This document shows, piece by piece, positions 22,101-37,100 of a stretch of DNA of 64,000 nt. Source of the stretch: Phoronis australis (Eukaryota; Animalia; Phoronida); the NCBI GenBank assembly GCA_002633005.1, contig NMRA01000054.1:85006-149005 (forward strand), in the 5' to 3' direction. The notes under the pieces are model-generated. The model did not search any database and was not told the DNA's origin. It saw only the letters and a program-made list of their open reading frames with translations. The translations under genes were made by a program, and so were the position numbers. Numbering within the stretch: position 1 is the first letter of the stretch; each line of letters opens with the position of its first letter.

Positions 22101-25100
22101 TACAGTTACAGAATCAGCAGTTACAGCGTTAGTCAATAGAGCGCCACCTATAGAGACAACCAGTCATTGAATCAACGAGTGTAACAGTTGTTGGAAGTGT
22201 CTTAAAATTTCATCACAAGTCAAGCACTGGTTGGAGCATATATAGAACAAATATCACATAGGATTTGTGAACGTAAGGTCGAGATTAAAAAAGTAATTTA
22301 ACTCGAACCAGTCTCCAGTCAATAGTCGCACTGAAAGCTATTAGCACAGATCAGTAACAACCAGCGCCCAACTCAGCGTAACAAGCATTTTCATTCAAAA
22401 TACACAACACGCCAAACGTAGTACATGTGTGGAAATATTCGTATATGCTTTTTACGAAGAGGTGCAACGTTTTCAGAAAACACTATAAAATATAAACTGA
22501 CCCCCATAAGCCGTTTGGGAAAACATAAACTGAATAGACATGACAAGAACTATCGCAATTAAAAAAAACAAACAAAAAATAAATATCAGCAATAAGTTGG
22601 TAAATTTACAAGATTTGGATTTATCGGCACAATAAACCATGATTATTTTTTGCATAGGCTTTCGCTTCCGGGTGACCCGTATTCAGAATTGTGAAAAAAT
22701 TATGTGTTGTATGTGTCTCATCTATGACAGCAAAGGTAGATCTTTCCAGAAATGCAAGCACCTTTTTGTGATGGGCCAATTGGTGTGTCTTCCTGTTACA
22801 ATATCCCCGCGTCAATTAACGCTGTATACAAGCGCTACAAAGAGCAGCTCAGTCTCACTCAGAGTGCAGAGTGGCACATAACACACGTCTAACACACGGG
22901 TAGACATTTTAGAAAATTTTTCTCAATCAGAACATTGCCTTTCTTGCATAGAATGAGCCCTTTCAAGGCGATCGCTTTAAGTCGTCAATTCCCAGGGTTC
23001 ATCGAGAACTAACGAAACCATTAGCAAAGTCATATGCAATTTGCTCTTAGTGGTCGGGAGTTTCTTGGGTGTACGCAACGAGCCAAGGTTGCACGTAAGG
23101 TCAGAACTGACGCTCAACATTTACGGCACAAATTACATTTCGACGAAACCGATTTATCAACATGGTCGATACCGCGAGACGTATCTTATCACATTTTGAG
23201 TTTTATGCACCCTCAAACGTGGATTTGCAACATCGTCCGCTACCGAAATACCAGCAGCAAGGAGGAAACCAAATTAGACAGAAGAATAGGTTTTAAAAAA
23301 TGCTCGCGGGGCTCTATTGAAGATTGTTTTAGTTTGATGAGAAAGTTATTTAGCTGTCTGACGTATAAAAAACATTGGATAGGTGAAAATTAAATTATAA
23401 TATTAGGCTTCTTTAAGCGAAATTTATATTTTTAAAGATGCTTATTAAAAAGTTTTTGTTTCCTTTCGAGTAATAAGATATGAGGGCCATTCAAATAATT
23501 TTATTTACAATCCAGCAACAAAAAAAAAATATTTTTCAGTTGTAAAAACGAATTTCTTTTTCGAACAAGCAGACCTCGACAGTGAAAATTCTAAACACAA
23601 AATATTTTTCTTGTCTCGATACCAATGTCAGAGGAGCGACAGTAGTGTGAGGGGAAACAAAGTATTTTAGGATTATAGGCCTTTAAGAAAACGCATTACC
23701 TTAGTACGAACAAGAATTGATTGTGAACTGCTCGTCGTTCTTACTACAGGTTGTCAAATCTTTCTTTCAATCTTTCAATCTCTTATTCAAACGATACCTT
23801 GCCAGAATTTCCATTTCTTAAAAGTCGCGTAGATCATCGTCTTCTCAGTGAATATGCGAAATGCTCTTCTATGCGGAATGAGGACTATAAGAGCAGCCCT
23901 GTCTTTGAGAAATTGGTGAAAATTCATATCTCTGACACTAATTCACACAGAAGTCACAGAACTGTGTGTAAACACCTAGTGGCTGTAACAATGAAAGTAC
24001 TGAACATGCCTAGTGATGTCCGAGCACATCTTTAATCATACGAAAAAATTACTCACGGAAATTGGTGATAGACATTTTATAACAGCATACTGTGATAACG
24101 AGATTTGTCGGTTCTAAGCTGGTGCTGGAATCTGTTTTCCAAGTCTTCCTATCTTAAATGAGGAAAAAAGGGCACTAATGGGCAATTTTATCATGGTGGT
24201 TCAGACTAAAGCCACTACAATTAAAATTATAATTGTACGCCAGTATGAGTGTGAGCTAATCAATCAGCTTGTTACCATTTTCTCTCGGACAGCCAAGTAG
24301 CCATAGAAGCCCTAACGAAACCGAGGTCAACTCTCACTGTGGTAATGCAGCTTAAATTAATGTACATAATACGCTTACGGCTGAGAGAACTACCAATATT
24401 CACTGGTGTGAGGCTCATGTAGAAATTGAAAGCAATGAAAATACAAACAAAGTCGTAACAACAAGAGCAAGCGAGCGCTCTGCACCATGCACGTGGGATT
24501 TCTAACTGATGCTGCAGGATGAGTGTACTCAAGCGGCTACGTATTTGGTCAGTAGTCCAATGTGCCTCTGGTACTTCTCGCAGGCAAAGTGAGGAGAGTT
24601 TCAAAATATGACCAAACTAAAAGTATACAAAAATTATGAGTCCTTGCTGAACTTACTTGAGATATAAGGGAAACTTTTCGTCACTCTGTTAGCTTTTTCA
24701 AGTCTGTGCGACCTCTGGTGAATCCCGTCCCAGGTGTGTGAGAATTTGAATCTCAAGCAACCTATCAAACACCTGGGAAAGGATTCAGACTAAAGTTTCC
24801 CACCGATTTTCTCAACTGCAGCTGAAACCACCAGAGGTCACAGAAGCTTGATCTGCTGGTGAAACGTTGCCCGTTTTATCTCAAGTTAAATCAGTAATGA
24901 CTCATAATTTCTCGTACTGCATGAGCCATAACAGACAACTATATACCAATTCAAGATTCGAAATCTTTCGAGTGCTGATAGATGAGGATTAGGCATGCGA
25001 TACGAATTCCAACAGGTCATTGTCCAAAAGTCCAACATAGGCATATCACTAGTATGAATTGCCCAATGTGTCCTGAATATGGTCCTAATGTTCAAACACT

Positions 25101-28100
25101 TAAACATATGGTGGAATTGCCCAGCATTTCTTAGACCAAGTAGGAAACGCATGTATAGCAGCAATAGAAAAGTATACCAGTTTTCTTAAAATATACAGAG
25201 GGACTTGAAAAATTGTTTCACGAAGAGCCTGTTGGTCGATAACAGGGCTCTCTGGAGTTTCGTTCAGGTGTTCCGTGCAGTGGGCCAAACTACGTGACCT
25301 GCTTCAGGAACTTAGGGAATAAGGCACACGACTACATGCCACCGTGCCTACTCGGTGATAGTTCACTTGCGTCCCCCCCACCCCCCCCCCGGTTTTTCAG
25401 CGACGCTCTTATTAGCAACGGAAACAGTATGAAAAGGACTATCATGGGTAAATGGAATAAAAGCCTTAATTCCACGTTTGTCTCAGCCAGTTAAACACTT
25501 AGTGAAGTGCAACTTTAAGCAATTCTTAAATATAATAAAATAACATGTTTAACTAGGAACTAACCCAAGGCACTGTGGGCTGCCTCCAAGGTTGCCCATG
25601 CATTCCCAAATTCTTAGTATCCCACCGCTTTTTTCCAGGTCTTATAAACTTTGGTTGGCGACGTCCATTCCAAACCCTCATGCCGAACTGCGGTTCTTGT
25701 TCTTCTGCGCTTTCGAGAGAATCTTTCTCATCTGATTCATCATCTTCATGTTCCCGGTAGTGACCCCGTGTATTCCATCTTCTCTGATCCTTTCGACCAC
25801 TCCATTGATCCCACCAACTTTCAGCTGAATGGGAATCATATCGACCGAAGTTTTCATCATCTTCAAACATGCTTGCAGGATCATGAACGTGATATCGTCC
25901 ATTCCATCGTCTACGCTTATTTCGTCGACCATTTCCAGGTCGCCCACCTTTCCTGTGCCAGCCTGTACTCTCAGTACCACCTGAATGAAAAACTTGCTCA
26001 TTGACTGGCTCGTAGCCATCGAATGAATTCGCAGCAGAATCTTCGTGATAGCGATGGCGCCTGCTCCATCTCCCCATGCCATTTTGACGACCACCCCTAG
26101 CCCTGTCCTCGTCAGAATAAGAATCATACCCATGACGAAAATTCCCATGACGAAAATTTTTCCAGGGTCGCTTGGGCTGGAATCGACTCTCGATGTCTGA
26201 AATTCCGTCATAGATGCTGTATTCATAGTTCCTGTCATAGTTGCCATCAGTGTCCATGCTGTCATCAGGAAAAACGCTGCTATGGATAGATTGATGGAAT
26301 TCTTCGTCTTCGTCATCGATGAAAGACTCATCCACGAATGAAGTTTCTTCACGGTTGTGAAAATCATGAGACGCTAGTAACGATATATGATTTGCAGTTA
26401 ACACCAATACATCATTAATATTTCAAGAACATTGATTCAGTTCAAGGGAAGACATTTTTGTGAATGACAGGGATATGCTATGCAGTAATGAATTTTGTCA
26501 CCAAATTCCCTCAAAGACGAGATATCCACCTCAGCCATCTTCTGACGAATAGGTCTTTCGCATTTTGTAATTTTCGTGAACGGACAAATGTACGTGATCG
26601 GTAAGCTTTACTTAGAACACAAACTGACTGCCTTAGGATCATAACAATTTGCACACAATCACCGACTTTGGTAATATTTTCAGCAATAATTAGGACATAC
26701 ATGTAGTTCGTAACACTTATGTTAAAGTTTTTTATTTCCGCAGAGGCTTTAATTAAATTAAAAACCTTTGAGCACTTACTAGACAACGATATAATTCATG
26801 TGACTATTGTACTTGAACTTACAGTCTTCGCCTTTCCTGCAAATTCTTCTGGATACAAACGTTAAGTCTTCGTATTCGCCGGAAAACAGGGTCCTTTTTT
26901 CAGTAAGTACTGTAGCCCTGCAGACGGGAAATAAAGTATGTGACGAAACCATTTCTTGTGTGCTACATAAGCAGATTTGGGGGCGTTTTTGGATCCTTAT
27001 AACAGGGCAGCTTTGCCAGCCTTGTGTTGTGACAACTCACGCCGAGGCTCATGGAACCTTTACGGTGCATTATGAAGTCAGTTACACAATGATATAGGAT
27101 TCAAATCACATGAAATCCATAATTTTAGCAATTGGTGATGACTGTCTATCAAATGCTTTGATCATGTGTGCATCTTCATGAAATCAAGGTACGTGGCGTA
27201 AAGGTTATGCAAGACCTTTTGACAAACCAGTATGCTTAACAAAATACCTAAAAATAATGGACTTTAAGCCAGTAAAATGAAACGTTTTCGGGAAGTTACA
27301 ATGTATGTTCAGTAAAACATAAGTAAAAAGAAATGTACATGCGGTACAAACAGTATCAAATTTTGTTTGATATGAATGTTCAAGACAAAAATAGTTGTTA
27401 TAGTCTTTAACTTACAGTATCATTTCGCTTTCATTTCATGCGGCTGATATTTTTTCATTGAAGTCGTAAAACTCCTATTTTTGATATTTAACCCTCGTGC
27501 AAAAAGTGTGTTTGCTCACCATACAGTCACACACCCACAGTTAGGAGCTTGCCATGTGAATTTGACAATTTCTTTATGTTCAGACGATTCTTCGACCAGC
27601 GATGGCCAGTGGCATCCACGTCGCAAACTAAGTTTCCTCATGGGCACTAGGTGACCAATGCCACATACATCTTCGTCGTTAAAGGCAGAGATATTTACAC
27701 GTGTAAACTCTACATCTCTTGTAATGACGTCAACTTGAAAAAAAGAAGACCGAGACATTACAATGACTACCTACAACGGAAATTATAAGACAGGGCTGGG
27801 ATCCACGCGCGCAAGAATTTCGCGAATAACGTTAATGTGACCACTGTTTTGCTTGTAATCCATGGTGATAACTCGTCCACGTTTCGCGAGGTTCTTGTCT
27901 CTACAGAAAGCAGAGCCGCAAAATATTTGCTTCAAGACTGTCCATATCATGGTAGAAAATGTTTTTTTTTGTTTTATCCCAAACAGTTCATTGATTGCAT
28001 GGGCAACACGTGCGAGACTAGAGTGGAAAGGCTTCAATTATGGCAGAGTTGGACAAGTCACACCCATTTCGCGCTACACGTTAGTCGTTGATGATCTTTA

Positions 28101-31100
28101 CGTGCCCCTTTGATGGCATGAAAAATCTTCTTGCATAACAAGGACATTTTTTGTCAGATCATTTTGTCGAGTCAAGAAGCTTTCTTACGTGATCTTCTCA
28201 TTTAGAATAACAGGTAGGGAGAAAATGAACATTCGATCAAATATTTTGCAAACAGCTTCATATTAAACTGCATTAATCTCATAGTATGGAAACTTCTCTT
28301 GACTATTGCTATTAATACTAAGACTTAAACATGAACGGAAAGTTCCATCTTTCCTGCACATGCCTAGGGCGGTCTTTTTCCTTTGGACGATGTGTCCAGT
28401 TGTGCTAGTTATCCTAAATCAGTCTGCGCAAGTATGTCAGTTTTTACTTTTGTCAACCTTACTCAAAATAAATCTTTTCTGTTACGTTTGAGTTCTTTGT
28501 TACAAAACAAAATACTAACACGGGTAAAGATTCACAGAAACACCCAGTTCAACACGTAAATGTGTATGACAAATCACAAACTGCGCTTATACGCTTGGGC
28601 GCCTACGCCTTTATGCAACACACTTGGGATTTTTCTCTGAAAGGTGCACTTTTCGGATATAGGCGCATGACTTAAATAATGTACATATAAGTGCATACAC
28701 AGTTTATTCTTTTATTGGGAGGCTTTCATTCAACGGTCAATGAGTCAAATTTGGCAGCAACATTTCTCTTTTTACAAACTGTTGGTCTCAAGCCCATCTG
28801 CTTTCAATACACACATGAAGAGCAGCTCTACACTGGTAGACTTTAACGTACAATTGTATTCGATTCCGGGTTCGTATCCTTCCCCACTTGCACAAATGTC
28901 TTCGTGTACTTTCATTTCGAATGCCGGGGTGCCGTCAGGTAGCACGTTATCGCCGTAATATTTGGCCGGGTAAGGCTGAGGACAATGAACTGCAATTGAA
29001 AGGGATACTGAATGAATACAACTTATTTTGTCATGCTGTAAATCTGAATGCCTCGATGACACTGGTCCAGAACAGCGCAAATATGGCAGGTTCATGTATA
29101 TTGGATATACTTTCAAAGCACGATTCTGTACAGGACAATCTTTGGATCAATAGTGTATTTACTAACAGTTGTCTTGTAAACATTTGCGAAACGAATTGCT
29201 TCAAGAGTTTGAAATGTTCTATTGGTGCGAACAAACGTTGACACATTCGAGGGAGACTGACAAGGCATATTCCATTCATTCAAACAAAAAATGCAACGTA
29301 CAACAAAACAAAAAACAACATTGTTATCGAAATATGAAAACAAGTTTTGATCAATTTATCCCCTTCAGAGTCTTCAAATATACATTATGTGGTACAATTA
29401 TTGAACAAGAGCAAATACCCCCACGACTGCACCACAACCGGTGTGGTTCTAGAGGTGTTTATTTGCCTCATAAAAATGTTCATTAGGTGTCTCGGAATTC
29501 CAAAAATGGGAAGGTGCCGTCGTCTCTCAAAATTATTTGCCATTTTTTTGAAAATCTGTCAAAGAACTCCAAAGATACAAAGGCAAACGTAAAAACCAAT
29601 GTGCCATTAGGAACCACAGCGGTAATCGAATCCATGGATCCACCTACAGACAAATTAATAGGAAAACAATTGCAAAATTTCAAATACACCTATTTATTAA
29701 ATTTCGTAAAAATCTGCCAAGGAGTTTAAAAGATACAAAGGTCAACGAAAAACTGCCACAAGGGGAGCACAGAAGTAGTCGGATCCGTCCAAATGTCATC
29801 ATTGTCCGCTGTCCACTTCACATAAATGTTTTGCAGAGGTTTGAGAGATACGAACATAGACGCAAAATGCCACTAGGAGGCGCCACACTAGTCTGAGTCG
29901 TCCGAAAAACATCAGCCGTCCTCTCCACAGTAGAATCATAAAAGCCAATTTTCAAAATCATCACTGGAGTGGTTTGGTTGACAGAGCGGCGGACGCCAAA
30001 AACCGACTTGAAAACTGTAAAAATGGCCACCAGGTGGCGCAAATTAACTCAAACGTGAAGATAGCGTCACCTCACTAATAGATAACTATCTGCCAAATTT
30101 TATAAAATTCAACCGAGGACCTTTGAAGAAACAGAGGTAAATGTAAAAAGTAAAATTGCCACTGGGGGGCACACCGGTAGTCCGATCCGTCCGAAAGTCG
30201 CTGTCGTCCGTTGTCAATTTTACTTTAACACACCAGCAAAATTCAACAATGATCCTGTTTAGGAGATACAGCCATGGGAGCAAAAACAAACAAAACTGTC
30301 ACCAAGAGGCGTCACAGTAGTCGAAGTCGTCGGAAATTATAGTCACCCATCCTCTTCCACAGCAAGAAGATACATGCCAATTTCGATAATCATTTTTAAA
30401 GTGCTTTGGTTGATAGAGGGGCAGACAACAAAAACCAGACTCGAAAACAGTACAAATGGCTACTAGCTGTGGCGCAAAGTACCTCGAATCCATTCGAAAA
30501 CGAACGGACAGAGTCATATTACTACTAGATGCCTTATCTGCCAAATTTTAGGAAAATCCGTTGACATTCGAAGATACAGAGATCAACCTAAAAAACTAAA
30601 ATTGCCACTAGAGGGCACATCGGTAGTCGTATAGATCTAAAATTCGTCATCATCCGTCTTAAGCTTCATGGGAACACATCTGCCAAGATCTTGTGAGGGT
30701 TTAGGAGCTGCGAACGACGGACGCCGGACGCCCAGACAGAGATGACGGCAGTGATGCACCCACATATAAATGTGTGGGCGCATAACACAGCATCTACGAC
30801 TGAGCTGAATCTCCATGACATAAATTTGACATAGAATACTCGCTTGAATCGACTCAGTTTCTAGCGAGTCCAAGTAACTCATTTTCATACATATGTCTTT
30901 CGGTTTGTTATAGCCCAAATGTAATTGGGCGAAGATAAGTGAGCGCGGACTACTCTCTTTATCAGTAAATCTTATTAAAACAACTAAGTTTATTCTACCG
31001 TGAACCTTAATATGAGCAGTCCACGAATACAGTCTAGCATATCTTTAGAATGCCTAATATGTCTATTTTCTTGAAGTGTATCTGTAGCTCAAGTTGCGGC

Positions 31101-34100
31101 TTTTTAATCTATTAAACCTGCAGAGATACTATTTATTTGTAAAGGCCAAACAGTTTAGGTTCTGTAAGTGAAGTGTAGCTGGTGCAACATTTTTGTATTC
31201 AAGAAGCAATGTTTGAAATGATTAGGGATTTGCAGTTTCTACAAGACACTTTCAAGTTTCTTTAAAATTAAGGCTCATAAAATGAAATTGAATACAAACT
31301 AATTTAAACAAACGATGTTTCTACAGTATGATATCGATCGACTTAAACTCACCTTCATAGCGCGCAACAAAATAAATCATGTGGAACTGAACGGTAAAAA
31401 GTACTAAAATTTTTATAAAAATCAACTTTAATATTCAGAAAGAACTAAACCGTTTCTTGACAATGTCACTTACATGTAAAAAGTTCTACATATATCTGGA
31501 ATTTTTCAAATCAGTGACACAACAGCGTTACTTACATTCACGTTCTTTCATGCAAAACGTTTTGGACAAAACACCTCCAGTGAATTTGCTATCATCGGAG
31601 TAAAATAGTCCACTGTCAGACAGAACTGTAGCCCTGAAATGACATTTAATTTGCATATATTATATTTTTGTTCATTTATTATCGACATATTTGTTATAGT
31701 AACGCTAATGCAAGAAGGTGTGCGAGCGTTCATGTGTACGGCGGTACAAGTGTAAAAATCGTCAACTGCATACCCTTTTAAGACCGTTCGCACGTAGGTT
31801 TATTTTATTTTTCAACCCAATCATAACCAAATGACAACAGATTGATGTTATGATCCCACTAAACCAAAGTGACCTTCTACTCAAGGTAACGACGTTCTCC
31901 CTCACCATAGAGTAACACATCCACAATGAGGTGCTCGCCATTCGAACTTGACAATCCTCCTAGATTTGGCCGACACTTCTCTCAAAAACGTTGTGGAGCA
32001 CACATTCACCACAGTAAGACCGGACTTGGGATCCAGACTGCCGTTGCCACATCTACTACTCTGTTCGTTGAAGACGGAAACGTTCACCCTTTTCATTCCT
32101 GTTTCCCTAGCAACGACCTGCACTGTATTATAAATATAAAAAGACACTGTATTACAAAGGGTGCTCAAGTGGTCCCATGAAATTCTCGAGAGGAGACTGG
32201 TCATCTTACGTACTCAAATCTGCTTCTTCACACTGGCAGAAAAACGAGTTTTACGTTTATGTTTGGACTGTTAACTAGACGTTTGTCAGTCAATAACACG
32301 CAGATGACTTGATTGTTTGGAGCAACTTTGCAAGCAAAAGGTGTAGTTTTCATTTGAGACTGAAACTGAACTGCTATTATTAAAATCTCTTGGTCTATTT
32401 ACACCGACCTCTAGTCTATATACATTGTCACGACGTTTCGGTCGGTCTCTTCTCCGGCCATCGTCAGGTGTTTCCGCGTTCTTAGAAGAACGAGCACGGA
32501 TACGTTGTACACTCATGGTGTGAAAGGAGCGGTGATATGCCTTTTTGGCCTCTTTTAAACTCCTCATTTGGATACTAACAATGTCCTGCATAAAATTGAT
32601 TTTTGATTGCTTATAGCGACAATTGACCCCACATCCTTGAATTCCAAAATTTTCAGTTGTTAGCGTGGTTAGGGTATATCGACCAGGATCCCAAAGCTTT
32701 TTTGGGCATGAAAAGGTAACCAATTTTCTTTGGTGCCACAGGGCTCTGTGAGTGACCTAATGCTTGGAAATGGCCGTCTGACAGGTTCGCTCTGGTGGGT
32801 GTGGTCAGGGAAGCCAGACAATTTCAGTGGTGGGGAGTATCAGCCAGACGGTTATAAACAAGGTAAAAATTGAGCTAGATCAATCTAAGTGGTAACCGCA
32901 TGAAACCAGTTGCAAATTATTCACCGTGAGCCCAGGTATCACGAATGAACACTGCCAGACAAATCTAGTGGTGGGTTAGCCCCGCCAGACACGCCCAAAT
33001 ACCTGAGTTGAGCTACATGTAGATCAACCCACCAGGTAACCGTTTGTAACCAATTGCACGATGCATCACTGCACATTGCACAACAGTAAGATGCCAGACA
33101 ATTTCAGCGGTGGGGTATCTCTGTCAGACGACAGAAAAGGGCTAAAATTTGAGGCAAATCAAACCAAGGGGTAATCGCATGAAACCAGTTGCAAAATATT
33201 CACCGTGAGCCCATGTATTATGAATAAACACCGCGAGACAAGTCTGGGTGTGGATTAGCCCCGCCACACACGTTCAAATATATGAGTTCGACCAGATTTA
33301 CTCGCCAAGCGACCCTCTGAAACCATTTGCATAATGTCTAGCAACATTCTGCATGCACCAAAAGGTACTTTACAGACATTTTAGCGGTGGGGCAGTAGCA
33401 TGCAGGGGTTTAGTCGATGCAGGGCCGACTTTTTATTAGACGCCCCCATCATTGCGCGGAGGGTGGTTCGAATTTCAAGAACGGTGGACCATTGTTATTT
33501 TGCAAACGTCGACACTGTAGAAATTTCGGTAAGGCTCTTGACGCAGCTTAATTAGGATGGAAGGGAAATCTGTATACACCACGATGACTCTCAGCTCTAT
33601 GTTCATGAGATGAGACGGAATTTTTAATAGCAGAAACGAGCATGCTGTGACGGTTGCTCGCAAAGAACTGGATACACATTAGGATGTAATGTGGTCCAGA
33701 AAAAGAACGTTCTCGCATTATCTCCTGACAAAGTTTTAAATCAGCCATGTTTAAATGAGTGATTACACCCCATTGCATACTCAGACGGAAATATGAAGTT
33801 TAGTCGGTGAATGACTTGACAAAATTGTTTATCTGGTTGTATTTTAGCGTGTTACTTAAGTTGCTTACATGCAAAAAAAAATATATTTCGGTTATTAGAT
33901 AGACCTATACCGAAAACAACATCCGGGCACTAAAACATTTAGTTTGGATTCCATGTAGACAGTAACCACCGTCTCCAGCTGGCCAGCACAACTAGAAACG
34001 GCAGATTTCATGTGCATGCGAAATTGCCCGCAGGTCTTGAAATGAGTACACATTTGCATTTTAAAATGATATGAAGTAGGAATACTCATCATGACACAAT

Positions 34101-37100
34101 TCATCAAACCCATGTCAAGATCGAATCGCAGCGCAACGCGCACGACCGGGTCGAAACTAAATGAAGTTAGTAGGCCACCCTATCCGTGCCAGTTCTCACG
34201 AAATCAGTGAGTCTCATTTAGTCTTCTTAAATTTGAAGCCACCGTTGGTCGCCGCAGCCATGCCCTAGATGTTGTCTCTGCTTGAGAATTGGTGTGCCGA
34301 CCACACACCATCAGAAGGTGTGCCAACCACGAACATTGAAGCCACGAGTCTCAGAGATGACTCACTTAGATTCTACAGTCAGTGTGGCAAAGGACTCCGT
34401 AGTGTATAGACCTATTTACTAGTATTTCCATGTTATATGTAGTTATCATCTTCCAACAAGCAATATACGTGTTATACCAATGTACTGTGTTACTACCTAC
34501 ATAACAAGAATGAGTAGTGATCACACAATCAGAGTAGTGAACTGTCGGCGTTCTTTTTACTCGAAATGTAACTCGAAATAATGTTTGGCATTTTTTAATC
34601 TACTTTTGTGCGAACTCAAGATAAGGGTCTGTTACTCTATGCTCGAGAACATAATGACTTACCTGGATGATTTATTAGTCCTAGTTCGCAGTTCTAAAAT
34701 CTAACATTAAAGCTAAAAGTTCGAATTTGATTTCTAAATTTCGAGTTTTTGCTCAAGTTTGTAGCACGAATATAAGGGTTTTTTAGTTAACTTGGACTAG
34801 AAACTCATATGCATATACTATAATTATTCGAGCACAGTCTGATAACCACTTATCTTGAGTTCGCACAAAAGGAACAGAGAAATTGCCAAAAAATAATTTC
34901 GAAATTTCGAGTTCGTTTTCAGTACAAAGATTAGAGACCGGGCCCTGGTTTTGGAATAGTGGAAATTCAAAGTAGTGAATTTTAGAAGATAACGAACCTT
35001 CGGAGTAATGGGCATTCGGAGTACTGGACCTTCGGAGTATTGAACCTTCGTAATAGTTATATAGAACCTTGGAAATTTTTTCCATCAAGTTTGTAGCTCG
35101 TATAATGTCGGCAGGGTTGTGCACTATTGACATTGATTGACTAGAGAAGATTTTCATTGACCAAAGTTGAGGTCTACGCCTACTTTTCCATCATAACGTG
35201 AAATTGCTCAACGGTGTATTCCCAGTGCAAGAAATCATGGCAGTTGAATGTCTGGTTTCTTAGCACGACGGAGGACTGCCTATAGACTCTATTCACGCGG
35301 CGGACATTAAAATCCAAAGCGAGGCTTACTGCGATAAACAAAGCGGAAATTTACATTGCGTGAGTTAAATGGCCGGTCTTTGGAGTCCAACCTGAATATT
35401 AAATCTTAAAAAATGTGTCAATAATTAACCACAGAGACGTAGAAAAATACAGTTAAAGAACAAGTCAATGCACCAAAGAGATGTCTGACGAAAGGATATA
35501 GGTTTTTATCCGGAAAACTAGGTTCGAAACATGAAAAGTAAACATGACCAAATTGCGGCGATCGTAGTGTCACGAATTAGGTATCACGCTGAATGCAGGG
35601 TTACTTTTCTTCTAATAAATTCTTGATAAAAATGCTTTCTACACGAACCAGGTCATCTGGTGGTATCGTTGACGAGTTGAAGATATATTCGACAGTGGTG
35701 GCTCATAGCATTTTGCTGTCATGTGCAATTAGTCTCATCTGGTTTAATTTGTTGATCAAGAGTAGGCTTATTAGCTTCAAGCATAGCCTAGGTCCTGGTG
35801 AGGTAGGCACTACCGGGACTAACAGTTGATTTGTCATTGATCTGAAATAATACTTGATGTTATTAGATATATATTTTGATTACGATAAAAAACTAGGCTC
35901 GCAATTGAAAATAAAAATTATATGACCATCAATTCTGCTTTCTTGGTTTTAATAATTACGTCTATTTCATGTGTTATATTTTCAAATATCAATCTCGACC
36001 AAGTTGAATTTTAAAATTAAAACACCTAATTCTTTCGTCCAAAGCACAACCTCGTTTTAGAGCTCAATTTCAGTTAACTGGACAGAACACAGTGCCAGAT
36101 TTATAGGGAGCCAAAGGGCTATACCCCTGCCCCCCCTAAAATTCTCCCAGATTCCATTTGGCAGTTCAGGAGCGCGAATTTCTGACGGACCAAATCCTGG
36201 CTAATACTCTGCCGTGCCCCCCCCCAAACTCAAAGTCCTGAATCCCCCCTGGAACAAGCATAGTTATCATGTTTCTTCATAGGCCTCGTTCATATCCGAG
36301 GGGAAAGGTGCCTCATGTGTGTGCGGCCTTCTGAGAGGGGAACGTTTCGCCGAGTGACGGGTCAGTGAAAACTCTACTGACCTCCCGATCACCATCAATA
36401 GCACCCCGCCCTTTTGCAAGCTCTCATAGCTCTGTCTCAAGTAGCATTTTCAGTGGCTGATCTAGGATACCATATAGGCCTAGTGAGGGGGGGGGGTCGA
36501 CATCCACGCAGGCGGCCCGGAAGTTGCCGGCGCCCAGGATGTATACCTTCCGCTCAGGAAATCTGTCGTTGGACTAAGAAAAAACTAAAACGGAACGTGT
36601 TTTCCCCCTCGTCCGCTACCGGTTCTAGCTCGAACTCTTCACGCTTTGCTAGTTTATTTTGCTTGCGACAATCCGCCTATGATTTTGTACTTTTTCAAAT
36701 TGTCACCTCTGTAATCACAGGTGATTTGAACCGTTGGAGAGAAATTTTCAATCACAAAGGGATTTTTAGGCCTCGTGGCCGGGAATTTCGCGTGATTTTT
36801 CAATATTTTTGAGAGGGGAATAGGGCCGATATTTGGTCTCAAAATTGAGGGATTGAGGGCCTTGTCCTTTTTGTAAAGAAAAATGTATCGCGCTTCAACC
36901 CATAGTCATGAAAACACAGCCTGGCTGGCCGAAGATTCTCCGGTCCTCTTTGCTATGGCGGCATTCAGTCCGAGATGCGCCAAATTATGATTCGAAAACA
37001 GTTTTACAATTTTACACGGACATATTTTCCTTCGTCGCGGCGTATGGCAAGGACCCAATGCTTCCGAATCCCAACGTCCTTAGGGATTGTAAAACAGAGT

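Noticed and set aside
25678-26367. 229-aa overlapping ORF rich in M/T/K
   Set aside because: Alternate-frame shadow of the low-complexity exon 8; it is out of phase with exons 7 and 9.
26511-26786. ORF between exons 7 and 8 of gene B as an additional exon
   Set aside because: Weak acceptor, no convincing in-phase donor before the stop, and the model closes without it.
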